Position numbers and translations under genes: made by a program. From positions 4,898,001-4,962,000 of the forward strand of contig NC_087260.1 of assembly GCF_037042905.1 (NCBI RefSeq): a stretch of 64,000 bases of DNA, given 5' to 3'. The notes beneath the pieces were generated by a model. That model was not told where the DNA came from and did not search any database. It saw only the letters and a list, made by a program, of their open reading frames with translations. Origin of the DNA: Lytechinus pictus (taxonomy: Eukaryota). Shown here piece by piece: positions 38,401 through 49,634 of this stretch (positions within the stretch are counted from its first letter, which is position 1; each line of letters begins with the position of its first letter).

Positions 38401-41250
38401 GACCGGATGATGAGGGAGATACCATATACAGGAAGTCTGAAGATTTGCTTCCTTCTTCTGTCTTGGTACCTTCTCCGCATATCCCTTCTCTATATAACCT
38501 TGGACAGTCTCCGTGTACTTGACGGCTAGATTAGAATCCTTCTTAAGCCTCCTTTCCAAGTACTTGAGACGGACTTCAGCCATATGGCGATTGTTCTCAA
38601 GTCCGGGGTCTGGATACTTCCAGGGTAGCCCTACCTCGTAGTGGCCATCGACGAGCTTGATACTTTCCCGCATGAGTTCTCTCGCTCGCATGTCTTGGAT
38701 GGACTCTCCCATCCTCCCTGGATTATCCTCAACCACATGGTCCAACTCCCAGAACTTCTTGACCTGGTCTTGAAGTCTTTCATCTTCTAGCCGGGCAAAG
38801 TTCACATGGAAGGCTGTAGTTTCCTTAGACTTTGTGGTTGGCCCCATTAGCGTCCAACCTAGAGGGCAGCGTATCGCATAAGGTTCCTTCCTTTTCCCTC
38901 TCCTCTGTTCCAGGACCCAAAACGCTTCAGGGGTGTCGGCTCCTATGAGAAGCTTGACCTCCCTTGCGTCGATCGATGGGAACTCAATACCTCTTAAGTG
39001 TCTCCACTTAAGAAGGTCCTTGTTGTCTGGAATCAGAGAATCGGAAAGCGGTAAGGACTTCACTGTCCAGACACGTGGAATATCCAACTCTTCCTTGTAA
39101 TGGATATCCCTGACCTTGAGGCTGACCTCTTCACCTTGCTGGGAATCAACCCCATTGACAGTTGTGAGTTGAATTCGCCGTGGTGACCCTGTCATCCCAA
39201 GGTCTCTTACCAAATCCTTGGAGCAGATTGATATATCGCTCCCTTCATCTAGTAAGGCCCATGTCTGTACTTCACGTCCATTACCTTGGACCTTCACTGG
39301 CAAGACCCTTAGACTTACCTTTCCTTGTGAAGTTACACTGCTGTAACAGTCGCCCGCTTCTCTGCTAGAGGCTTCTTCATCTGAACTACCGGCCCCGGTG
39401 TCTGAGTTGGATTCTTGGGAATTGCTAGACTTCTTGGGGTTAGCTTTGTCAAGTTTTCTTTCCTTGAAGAAGGATGCAGGAGCATGAAGAAGGGTGTGAT
39501 GCTTCCGTTGGCATCCCTTCTCAGTACATCTAGATTTCATCATGCATCCGGACGACATATGCGAAGGTCGGAAGCAGTTATCACACAACTTGTGCTTCCT
39601 GGTAATGTTCCTCCTCTCTTCGAAGGATTTCTTGACAAAGTTCCTACAGTCCTCTAGGTTATGCCGCCCAGAGCAGCAAAGACAACTTCTATCGCTCTTT
39701 GCTTTGGACTTACCTTTACCAGCTGCGGGGTTGCTCTGAGTTGACATTGTTGTTACCTTGAACCCTCCTTTTGGCTTTGAGGATTTGTCAGATGGTTTGT
39801 TTTTCGATTTGCCAATGTTTTGGCCAAACAAATTACTTGATAACTGGGCAGACTCCTCAATGAACATAGTCATGGCTTCAAACGTTGGAGCCATGAACCT
39901 GGTCATCATTGAGTGCGCCCTCCTTGCCCACTCGGACTGCAAGTGGACTGGCAAGAACTGTTGGATGCGCAGAAGGTTTTCTGTGCTATCCATGTCGGCT
40001 CGATAATTTCCTTGCGACAAAACCATCTGACATTTCCTCATGCCGCGAGCAAGGTCCCATAGTGCTTCACCGTCATTTGGTCTGATGGGCTGACGACTTA
40101 GCACCTTTTTCATGTGAGCAGTGGCAACCATGTATGGCTGCCCAAATTGATTTTCTAGAATATCCCTTGCCTTTTGGTATCCGGTCTGGGGCCCTAGGAA
40201 GACACAATTTTCAATGCTATCCTTAGCCTTACTACTACAGTATTGTATTAAATACGTTAGCTTAGCCCTATCATCACTTATCTTAGAAGCTACAGTGGCG
40301 TCAAAGCTGGAAATGAAGGCACAATAATCTAATGGGTTACCATCGAATACTTTCATTTCCGGCTTTGGCATGTTCATCACTAAGTCCAAAGCGTTAAACA
40401 TTTTAGTCATGTTAGACATGGCTGCACCATCCCCCTTGACACTTTCTACCTTTACCCCTATCCCAGTGTATTCTGGGGCATTTGGATTCAAATTTGTTAC
40501 CATGGGGACATGTGCAGCTTCATCAAGAGAATATCTATTATCCCTTGTTTTGACATCATTAAAAGTAGAGTCATTAACATGTATCTTATTTGACTTATCT
40601 ACTCTTACTTGACTTTCATCGTCCGATTCTTCCTCAAGACACTGAAGCTCAACTTCAGCGGCTGCGATGTCCTTGTCGGCTTCCATCGCCGCAAGCTTCT
40701 GTTCAAGCTTCAATTGTTCTTGTTTAAGTTCATGGGCCTTTGCCATGTGCTGTCTATTGAGGCGTGCAACAGCCGCCTTGGCTCTTGCTTCTCTCAGTCG
40801 TGCTGACGATGTCGAGCTCGCTACGGTGAACCGCGATGCCTTGCTACTCGACGATCGGGAAGACCGCACTGACCGCCTGTCGTCATCGACGTCGCCGTCA
40901 ACGTCGGCTGGCCGACCTCCCACGTCAACTCTTTTCTCCGCTGCTTCCATCCAATCTTGTAGTCTGACTCGGAACTCTCGATTGTTCTCGACATTTCTCT
41001 CGAATTTCTCTGACGCAGCCTCCGCTTCTGCTCCACTCAACTCGCTTATGTATTCATCGCTTTTTTCCTTGTACGAGGTGAATACCCTTTCGAGCTGGAG
41101 ATGCTTTTGCACGACTGCGTCCTTATTTTCGAAGTCTGCCATTAAAACCTCTAGTTCCTTGTAGAGTCGGGATAATGTCCCTATGTATCCCCTACATGAA
41201 TGCTTCAGCGAAGTGACGTTATCATCATTTGAAAAATCTGAATCTGCCAT
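35422..41250 (-). CDS. BEL/Pao gag-pol polyprotein, 1942 aa, uninterrupted
   Basis: Gag FDGNPLDY and three Cys/His knuckles; protease LLDEGS; RT YLPHH, RVVFDC, FYVDD; RNase H HYFCDAS, NPADDGSRG; integrase HHCC, GVDFFGP, SDNGTNF, GGVWER; order PR-RT-RH-IN. Confidence 0.97.
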   Translation of the reverse strand: MADSDFSNDDNVTSLKHSCRGYIGTLSRLYKELEVLMADFENKDAVVQKHLQLERVFTSYKEKSDEYISELSGAEAEAASEKFERNVENNREFRVRLQDWMEAAEKRVDVGGRPADVDGDVDDDRRSVRSSRSSSSKASRFTVASSTSSARLREARAKAAVARLNRQHMAKAHELKQEQLKLEQKLAAMEADKDIAAAEVELQCLEEESDDESQVRVDKSNKIHVNDSTFNDVKTRDNRYSLDEAAHVPMVTNLNPNAPEYTGIGVKVESVKGDGAAMSNMTKMFNALDLVMNMPKPEMKVFDGNPLDYCAFISSFDATVASKISDDRAKLTYLIQYCSSKAKDSIENCVFLGPQTGYQKARDILENQFGQPYMVATAHMKKVLSRQPIRPNDGEALWDLARGMRKCQMVLSQGNYRADMDSTENLLRIQQFLPVHLQSEWARRAHSMMTRFMAPTFEAMTMFIEESAQLSSNLFGQNIGKSKNKPSDKSSKPKGGFKVTTMSTQSNPAAGKGKSKAKSDRSCLCCSGRHNLEDCRNFVKKSFEERRNITRKHKLCDNCFRPSHMSSGCMMKSRCTEKGCQRKHHTLLHAPASFFKERKLDKANPKKSSNSQESNSDTGAGSSDEEASSREAGDCYSSVTSQGKVSLRVLPVKVQGNGREVQTWALLDEGSDISICSKDLVRDLGMTGSPRRIQLTTVNGVDSQQGEEVSLKVRDIHYKEELDIPRVWTVKSLPLSDSLIPDNKDLLKWRHLRGIEFPSIDAREVKLLIGADTPEAFWVLEQRRGKRKEPYAIRCPLGWTLMGPTTKSKETTAFHVNFARLEDERLQDQVKKFWELDHVVEDNPGRMGESIQDMRARELMRESIKLVDGHYEVGLPWKYPDPGLENNRHMAEVRLKYLERRLKKDSNLAVKYTETVQGYIEKGYAEKVPRQKKEANLQTSCIWYLPHHPVVHPHKPDKVRVVFDCAAKYRGTSLNDTLLQGPDHTNSLVGVLLRFREEPVAVVGDVEAMFHQVKVPKKDCDALRFLWWENGNLATEPVEYRMKVHLFGATSSPSCAGFALRRTAEDNRHEYDEDVVNTVLDNFYVDDCLKSVPSDKDGVRLVQQLRGLLQKGGFRLTKWVSNSREVLNSIPDTEKAPSVIDMDLDTLPIERTLGVLWDVDSDRFGFKVSLKDRPATRRGILSKVSSLYDPLGFLAPFILVAKVLLQGICQKGLAWDEPVDEKDLQTWQEWLDDLPRLTEIKIPRCLKPEILEDQVLYQLHYFCDASELGYAAVAYLRLEDSAGRIHCSFVCGKSRLSPLKVTSIPRLELAAAVLAVDMNHMIQEELRLPIATTTYWTDSTSVLMYIQNESRRFHTFVANRVAKIREVTELSQWRHVNTKLNPADDGSRGLKAQDLITNPRWLSGPDFLKQEEENWPSSPAILGELKKDDLEVKKDRVHVNTVVTNDSVQELLTRYSSWNRLKGAFAWVLRYKMFLRNRDAAARLPRGLTAEELKEAELEITKQVQLRSFPSEVMTGSGEPTRRQKASGPLDKLNPIITGGVLKVGGRLSRSTLAEDAKHPAILPRDNHVTDLIIQHYHEEVGHSGAVITLSAIRERFWIVRGGATVRKVLQRCMKCKRRSSRRGEQFMADLPAERVTPDKPPFTSTGVDFFGPFMVKRGRSEVKRYACLLTCLASRAVHIEIACSLDTDSFICALRRFINRRGKPDQVFSDNGTNFKGGHKELKESLAALNDSKVGNLLTQKGIEWRFNPPLASHMGGVWERVIRSVRKILGGLLHQQVMSDEALVTLMTEVEAILNARPLTPLSMDPKDEEPLTPNHLLLLRNNPSLPPGIFTKDESYGRRRWRHVQFIADQFWKRWVKEYLPLLQPRQKWTREKRNFEQDDLVLVADDNAPRGQWPLGKIVATYPDKQGRVRQVEVRIGSKYFRRPISKLCLLEEGKGAP

Positions 41251-41280
41251 CCTTATTATTGTCTGGAAATTGCAAACTTA

Positions 41281-41986
41281 TGTGACTTCTGTAAACAAAT
41301 TAAGCCACAGGAGTTTAAAGTAGGATGGTAGTTATAAATTTGATGGTCGATATTCCGAACGCACTCGAAATAAACAGTTCAGGAACACAATTCCATACAG
41401 TTATGCTTCATTTAATCACAGCAATCAACAATTCTCCAGGTATCGAAGCAGTTTACAAATCATAAGCGAAAGATGTAAACAGTTTAATAACTTGACGGAG
41501 TTGAGCGTAAATGAAGTATACAGATGAATAATTAAATGACGAACAACTGTACAGAATAGTGAACAGTGTAGTGAACGAAGCTAGTAAATGAACTGAGTGT
41601 AGTAAGCGAGTGTATTGAGTGAGTGAGTGGTTTGCTGAAATATAAGAAAGAAGATAAACATATGATAAATACATGATTAACAATCATTATCAAACAACTA
41701 ACGACAACAGAATATCTTCTTGATAACTAGTAAAACATAAACAAGACTATAACAATCTAATACATATCGCTCAGGTATATATACAATGATGATACAACAT
41801 AATAACTAAAATATGAACTTAAACTCATCATATACCAAAGATAAATCGATACTAACTTTAATCATGATACTACTAAACACAAGCAGTTGTGTAAACAGAC
41901 CCCAGTCATGGTCAGAACTTCGTACCCATGACAACCGTCAAGTTGACAGCCTAGCCACAACTTTTGCCCATTGACAAATCTGTACA
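41281..41986 (-). repeat. 5' LTR truncated to its downstream 706 bp
   Basis: Matches 33617-34322 wherever compared; the upstream 824 bp of the LTR are missing. Confidence 0.93.
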
Positions 41987-41991
41987 CGTGT

Positions 41992-43620
41992 AATGCTGCC
42001 CTCTTATGTTCCTGGGAATGACCTCTAGTCCTTCCGTCCTTACTGCGTACAAGCAGATGCTAGAGTTATGGATACCATGCATTATCTTATAAACCTCTAT
42101 CATGTCTCCTCTTCTACGTCTGTGAAGAAGAGATGGTAGTTTCAAGTGATGCTGTAGCTTTGGATAGGACAAGTTCCTCAGTCGTGGGATTAGCTCTTCG
42201 TTTCACACTCTCTAGCCGTTTCTGATCACATATTCTAAAAGGTGACCAAACTGAATGGCCATATTCTAATAACGGTCTTATTGGACCCTTAAACTTAAGT
42301 TTCACTGTATCTTCATCCAAATTTACAAAAGACCTCCTTATTAAACTTAGCAATTTATTTTATTTAGAGACAGCTTGTGAGATGATGTCTTTGAAGGTAA
42401 GCGTGCGTCAACTAGTACTCCCAAGTCCCTCACTACCTGACTTTAAGAAATAGAGAATCATCTTCTTTACCCGTGTGGTATTCAAATGCAGACTGCACAC
42501 GAGCAACTTTCAGAATAGTACACTTGTCTGGGTGGAAGCAAAGTTGTCATTCTCAGCCCAGCTTTCTAACAGTGACATGCCATTTTGAAGTTGCTGACAA
42601 GACCCAGATAAATTTGAGCAGGCATAAAACTTTGTATCATCCGCAAAAGGCGTTGAATTTGGAAGATTTGATCATTAATGTTATGCCAAGAACAGACAGG
42701 GATCGAGCACAGTACCCTGAGGAATACCACGCTAGTCTTCGTACCAGTTTGACTCCTGACCTTTGACCATGTTGACATAAACACGTTGCCTTCGCCCAAA
42801 AAGGAAGGCCTTAATCCAAACATGGACATGTCCTCGAATACCATATGCCTCTAGCTTTGTCAGTACGATGTAGCACAGTGTCAAAAGACTTCATGGAATC
42901 CATGTAGATGGCATCAATTGTGCCGCCATCATCTAATACTCGAGTCCATTCATCAATGACTTCCAACAAATGTGTGGTACATGACTTACCCACAACAAAT
43001 CTATGTTGATGAGGAGAAAGAAGTGCATTTCTATAGAAATATTCCATGAAAACTGTCCTTATCAAAGATTCAAGTACCTTATAGACAATACATGTCAAGC
43101 TAACTGGCCGATAATTCTTACTCTGAATTTTATTCCCCTTCTTAACATTTGCAGGTCTGCAATCTACTGGTAATTTACCTCTCTATATAAGCTTGTCTGG
43201 AATATAACAGCCAGTGGAACTGAAAGCACGTGAGCCAACTCATTAGGTAAACGAGGGTGTAAATTATCAGGGCCAGGAGACTTGCTTGGGTTGAACTTTT
43301 GTAGGAGCTCCGAAACATCACTCGATGTGATTTCCATGTTTTTAAAGCAGAATCATAGACCACAGGTTGAAGAACAGATATGAATTCCACATCTCCCTAG
43401 ATGAACACAGAAAAAAAATCTGTAAAACTTCTGCCTTCTCTTTATCTGAAGTTGTCATGTTACCATCTGGTTTGACTAGAGTTGACAAAGTTTGCATGGT
43501 GGATATATTACACATTATATCCAGAAAGGTTTAGAGTCGCGTTTGACTCTTGGAGCAATGCTCATTTCAAAGTCTTTAACTGCATTCCTACAAGCCGATT
43601 TGCTTGATTACGAGCCTACA
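41992..43620 (-). mobile_element. Degenerate CR1-clade LINE (RT region)
   Basis: LTCIVYKVLESLIR, QHRFVVGKSCTTHLL, DAIYMDSMKSFD, GIPQG, FADD, RPLLEYGHSVWSP, RRRRGDMIEVYKI; many frameshifts. Confidence 0.88.
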
Positions 43621-45699
43621 ATATTCTAAACGGTCTAATTCACGTAAAATATCTATAATAAAACAAATGAAAAATCGAGGATGTAAGAGAGAAAAAGCTA
43701 ACTAAATATATTTTGGTCATTCCTATACACTTTGGACAAAATTATTTTTTGAATTGAACTGAATATAACTAACAGATAAATTTGAAGGAATCAAAGTACT
43801 GTTACCAGCAGATGTATTCCTTCTAAATTTCGAGAAGCACTATATACAAAGTGTGTTTAGTGCACCATAATACTAAGATTTATTATTGAAATTTTCAAAT
43901 TATGCCTACATTACTTGATCGCTACGTTCCGACTCGCATACAAGTGACTGGACAATTCTCCTGGAGGCATACAATATAACCAATTCACAGCTATACCCAG
44001 TGGTATAGGTTGGACCATACACTCCCTTGCATGAGGAGATCAACATTTCAGCCGCCCCTGTCTCAATTCTATGCCATATTCTCACTCTACCGAGTGAGTA
44101 AAAAATTACACCTCACAGACCCCAATTTAAGGGGGAAAAATATGTAATGGATGCCTAATTATCATATATGACCTGAAAGAGAATGTTATCCCAAATAATT
44201 TGATACCATATTTATGTGGTATCAGGTATGTGTTAATGTTAGGATAATCAGATGATCAGGGGGTATTCTTTGCAGTGATGCGAATTTCAATTTGCGCCAA
44301 AGTATAAAGGCATGACTACAATGAATTAACCCAGATGTCAATGATGTCACAATCCTACAAGGGTTCCATTTCAAAACACTTTTTAAAACGTAATTTATAT
44401 TAGACAGGACCAATATGGGGAGAATTTGAGTTCAAGGAGCATTTTGGGGTAAAAGTTGGGAACCGGTCTATTTCACCTAATTTGAATGTGCTGAATCTGA
44501 TAAGACCGGTTCGCAAGCCAATTTTTCATGTTTTGACCACCTAATTTGCATAAACAAAATGGCTGCCAAATTGACAATTTATAATCTTATTTCTACAGTA
44601 TTCTTTTAAAATATTCGCTTTCACCGATATGGATACTGCAAAATCCTGCATACTAAACATGTACCATTTGGGAAAATTTGTTATTTCTTTTTGCGGCTCA
44701 TTAATTATGCAAATTTATGCATATTTTGCAATATAATGCTATAATTTGAAAATTACACCCCTAAAATGTTTATTATTTTGAGTACAAATAGCATTTGTAT
44801 CATTATAATAATTGTTTAGCCCTTAAATATAATATTCAAGTCAATTTTTATACGTATTTTATTGTTCTTTGATATTTCTTTTGTGTTCTTGTATTTTCTG
44901 CCATTTGCTTTGTATATGTTTGATATGAGATCTTAAAAAAAATAATATCAATGGCAGACAAATATTGAGCTTCAATGATTGAATCATTTGATAAACTTCT
45001 TTTGCCACAACTGTTAATTGTACTCAGGAACAAATACACACACATGCTCCCACACCCACACCTGTATATAGAAAGTAATATACTTGCAAGGTATAGTAGA
45101 CATGCCCAATATAAAAACATTGATGCTGATCCTATAATCATGACACTTACCAAATTCAATGAACCCGTAAGAAAAGAGTTTAGAAGTTGGAAAACCTGTA
45201 GTCATGCTGAACTTAAATTTCTTGAAATAGATATGTTAAAATGTTTCATAACAGATCAAATAATCAATTAAACGTATGATTTACGCAGTGTAGTTTATCA
45301 ATCGGATATAAGTATCAGTACATTGTTATTATCCTTGCAGCAAAATTATATTTTTGATTCAGCTCCATCAGAACTGCAATCATGGCAGTTAACCAAAAAA
45401 CAATTTGTAATAAATGCAAAGGGTCTGTATTACTGGATCACTTACTAGTTTTTTGGTCATTACCGATTTATTTATTTATGTGGCAACGATACATTTTCCC
45501 CAAGTCAACCATCAAAGTGAAAACTGAAAACCACAGCTTTTATCCAATCCTTACCTTGGAAGATTCTTTGACGAACGATACTGAATACAGAAGAGGAAAT
45601 GATAAAAAAATGGGGCTAAACACAGATTAGCTCCATGGTTAAAACATGGGCGAGGAAGGTTTCCAGCCCAGTCACTACCCAATGCAGAACAAATTTTCA

Positions 45700-46490
45700 C
45701 ATTGTGACCTATGGTTAAAAAGTGCTAGAGATGCCTGTTGAAGGTAAACCATCATGGAGACAGTTGCAGAAGTCCAGTCTAGAGGTTATCCGGTCATGGA
45801 TGATATTTTCTGCACCACCTAGTGTAAGAAATGTCTGATCTCAGCAATTATGTGGAGCAGCTAATATGCAGATTGGCAGACATGTGATGTGTGTTTCTTC
45901 ATGCTCATTGTTCTATCAAAGACTACGCCAAGAGATCTAGCCTTGCATACTGCAGATATATAGCTTCCTCACCTATTAAGACTGGAGTTGTAGTCATAAT
46001 AATTACGCATATATGGAGATGACAGAACGAGATACCGGTACCTCGCTTTTTATCGTTAAGCTCCAGGAAGTTGACCTTCATCCAACATCGAATCCTCAAT
46101 GGCAGCACCAACAACAGCAGCTGCACGAACCTCTGTATATTTACCTTTTGGATCAAAAGTGAGGTATACAGCTGGATGTCACCAGCATAGAAGTGTATAC
46201 CAACACCATGTAGCCACATTACAGAGCCAAGAGGAGTGATGTACAGTTTGAAGAACAAGGGACAAGGACAGACTCCCAAGGAACTCCATATCAAAGGGTA
46301 GTTACAGGAGACTGCATGCCAGTGATGAATACAGCTTCATTCAGCTCTGTTGGCAAGGTAAGAGAAACCTGCCATTAGAGTGCAGAATCATCAATTCCAA
46401 AACAGACTGTCAGTCTCCCAAGAAGAATGGCATGTTTACTGGTATCAAAACCGGTTGACAAGTCAAACATAACTTAGGCAACTGCTTTCC
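45700..46490 (-). mobile_element. Degenerate L2 LINE RT fragment
   Basis: LYITPLGSVM...HFYAGDIQLY (YADDTQLY-like), WMKVNFLELND. Confidence 0.75.
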
Positions 46491-46829
46491 TCATAGAAAG
46501 AGAAATCCTGGCTCTACAATCGAAGAAATTCTCGACCTAGTCTTTGATGGTGATATATCAGACTTGCATGCAGCCTATCAGAGCTGGGTAAGCTATTAGA
46601 TGCTGTTGGGTTTAATACCGATCAAAATAAGTGGATTAATAATCACCCACAGGAACGCCAAACATTCCAGGAACCCACCATCCTCTGAAAGATATCTTCG
46701 TTATCAATTAGAAATAGTCTATCTTATGAAGATATGAAGATGTGTGAATATTAGAAGTTCGATAAATGGCCTAGAAGACATTACACAATTCACTGCGGTA
46801 TTGAAAATATGCACTCCGAGCATTTTAAC

Positions 46830-47075
46830 ACCTGAAACAAGATCTGGTTAGACAGCAGATTCTCTCTCAAGACAAAAGTTTAGGTTTTCTCTATGGATCT
46901 GTGACATGAGAATCGGATTTATCTCAAGAACACAAACACGATGACGTCGATACGAACTGCCTCCGCAAAATATTTGTACTAAATTGGTTTGATTTCAACA
47001 ATTAGAGATGACTTTTATAATATGAGGCTGCCCTATCAATCAAGCCATCCAATTGAACACCAAATCGATGATAAC
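46830..47075 (+). mobile_element. Degenerate RTE-clade LINE fragment
   Basis: Manual translation gives NKIWLDSRFSLKTK, LYGSVT, CLRKIFVLNWFD, RLPYQ. Confidence 0.55.
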
Positions 47076-48879
47076 TGAAATTGATCATTCAACACCCCGA
47101 AGGTAAAGGTGTATATCAAGCTGGGGAAAGCTGGATGCCTCTAAGTTGGATGAAGCGGCAATCCTTGATAGGACAGGTGCAGTACTGCATTGGAAAAGAT
47201 ATATTATGGAGATGCACATGTAATCCGTTCATGAAGTCCAATGATAGAAAAATTGGCTTTTAAAACACGGAAAACGGTCTAATTGATAGGCAAAATGAGA
47301 AATTAGATGGATTATATGCGGGTTCAGTTCTGATAATTTTTTTTCAATATTGGGACAATTTGACGAGCGTAATGGAGAAAAACACAGGACATCTCATTTT
47401 TAGCAGACGGTTTTCACTTCATTTTGCTGAAGAAAAACACACTAAATATATATATATGTATGTGTGATCAGATTCTGTTGGTCGGGAACATAACTACTTT
47501 AAAGGATATTAAATGCAACTGATTGACTATTAAGGAGTTGAGAATTACAGTACTGTTATGACTCAAATTTAATAATTCATAATCTAAAATTGAAAATATG
47601 AATGAATTGATTAATATCATAATTCAAGATATCATTTTATATTAAAAATATAAGCAATTAATAGTGACATTCGCTTGAATACAGATAGGTTCATGAAATT
47701 CGTTGGATCTCCACCGGTGTGGCTTTTAAATGGGAAGGCCCTCCGTGCAGGAGTTTACCTTTGTATGCAGATGTGGGTGTGGGAGTGGGTGAATCTGTTT
47801 ATGCCCATGGATATATGCGAATAAAAAAGTGATTACATAATTAAATAATTGAAGCTTATTATTTTCTGCCACTGATAATCAATAATTTGACAGATCCAAT
47901 AACAAAACATGTACAAAACAAAAGGTACAAAATACAAAGAAATACATAAGAAATTCAAAAACAATAAAATACATTATTATTCACTGTGATATTATATTCT
48001 AAGGGCCGTACAATTATTTATAATGATGTAAATGCTATTTGTACCAAAAATATAAACAATTGAGCTGAAATTATCAAATTATAACATAATGATTCAAAAT
48101 ATGCATAAATTTGCATAATTAATTAGCCGCAAACAAAAATAACAAGTTTTCCCGAAAGGTACACGTATGTATGCAGGATTTTGCAGTATTCTTGTCTGTG
48201 AAAGCGAATATAATTAAAGAACATTGTCGAAATAATATTCTGAATTGTCAATTTGGCAGCCATTTTGTTTATGCAAATTAGGTGGTCAAAACATGAGAAA
48301 TTACCTTGGGAACCGATCTTATCAGATTCAGCATATTTCAATTGAGTGAAACAGTCCGATTTCCAACTTTTACCCCAAAATGCTTCTTAAAGTTTATATA
48401 GGCCTGTTCTTCCAGAATGTGTCTAGTCTATATTATAATTCTTGAATAAACATTTTAGTATCAATTCCCAAGTCAATTTCATTGAAAAGGGATTTGCAAA
48501 TATGTTTACTAACCCTCGTGGGATTACGACATCGTTGGCAATTGGGGTTTATTCGTTGCATTCGTTGTAAATCAAAATTTACATCACCTTTAATGTAGAC
48601 GATAACTGACGTCATTCAAACTTAGTGATAAAGACCCGAATATTACTTATTTTTAAACTACCACTTTTTTCACTCATATGTATTTTTTTATACCAAAACT
48701 TCATGTAATATTTGTGCCTATTGGAATAAGTATTTTTATGATTTGTGATATGAATAGGAAAGGTTGAAAATATAATACCCTCTAAAATTAATCTAGATGT
48801 GAAAATGAAGTGTTTCCTTTTTTGTTCTTCCTTTCCTCCTCTTTTAATGCTCCTGGTGAAGCTTTTTGGTTCTATGAAA

Positions 48880-49280
48880 TTTGCTCCGATGACAAATGCT
48901 CCGCCCTAAAGTCCACACACTCATGGAATGACCATTTTTAACCCTGGGTTTAACACTACATTTGCTCCGGCGACAATTGCTCCGGTCTTAATATCTCAGA
49001 AAGCATAGGGTTAAAATTGTTAGACTTTATTATAATAGAGTTTTTGGTTCAGAATTAGGTAAATATTAAGATCAGGGTTTATTTAATTTTTGGGGGTTAG
49101 GTTTTATGTTTTGCTTACTATGCAGATTTTCCAGCGGAGCAATTGCCGCCGGAGCGAATGTCTGAACCAACACTATACCCTACGATTAACCTAACATAAA
49201 ACTCATTGCAACCCTAACTTAAACCCTACATCTTAGACGAAATAAAGCCCGGAGCAATTGTCACAGGATAAAATGTCGTG
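48880..49280. repeat. Nested TGCTCCGG/CAATTG-AACCCTAA repeat family copies
   Basis: TTGCTCCGGCGACAATTGCTCC and the inverted GGAGCAATTG motifs. Confidence 0.6.
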
Positions 49281-49350
49281 TTAACAGTTTTTAAGGGGAT
49301 CGTTGGAAAGAGAGTTCGAACTAAAAATAACATCACACGAAAGCCTTCTA

Positions 49351-49634
49351 CACTGCAAAAACTCCGGTGTTGATTTAACACCAATCCGGAATCTCCTAAT
49401 GTCCATAGCAGAGAAGTATTGTAACAACACCAGTTTGTCCACACCAGAGAAGTATTGTAACAACACCAGTTTGGAATTAAACCGATGATGTTTTAATGCT
49501 ATTTGATGTTGTATAAACACCTACCTGGTGTTAGACCAAAACGAAACTGGTGTTGTTTAACACTTCTCTAGTGTGGACATACATGTATATAGATTCCGGG
49601 CTGGTGTTAAATCAACATCAGAGCTTTTGCAGTG
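49351..49634. mobile_element. CACTG-terminated MITE (CACTA/EnSpm-like)
   Basis: TA-CACTGCAAAA...GGTGTTGATTTAACACCA / TGGTGTTAAATCAACATCAG...TTTTGCAGTG-TA. Confidence 0.8.

Larger units (their letters stand above)
32074..41986. mobile_element. Rearranged BEL/Pao LTR retrotransposon insertion with three LTR copies
   Basis: Begins TGTTGC, ends TGTACA; CGTGT at 32069-32073 and 41987-41991. Confidence 0.85.
44090..48680. mobile_element. Putative long-TIR (foldback-like) element or pair of inverted repeats enclosing LINE debris
   Basis: 44438-44830 is a diverged inverted copy of ~47995-48384, with patchy similarity out to TA-flanked ends. Confidence 0.5.

Noticed and set aside
35511-41164. Short ORFs overlapping gag-pol
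   Set aside because: Antisense or alternative-frame shadows of the long ORF; no env-like extra ORF is seen between pol and the 3' LTR
48935-49230. Telomere-like AACCCT motifs (also ~22460-22480)
   Set aside because: Isolated degenerate units inside a dispersed repeat, not a telomeric array
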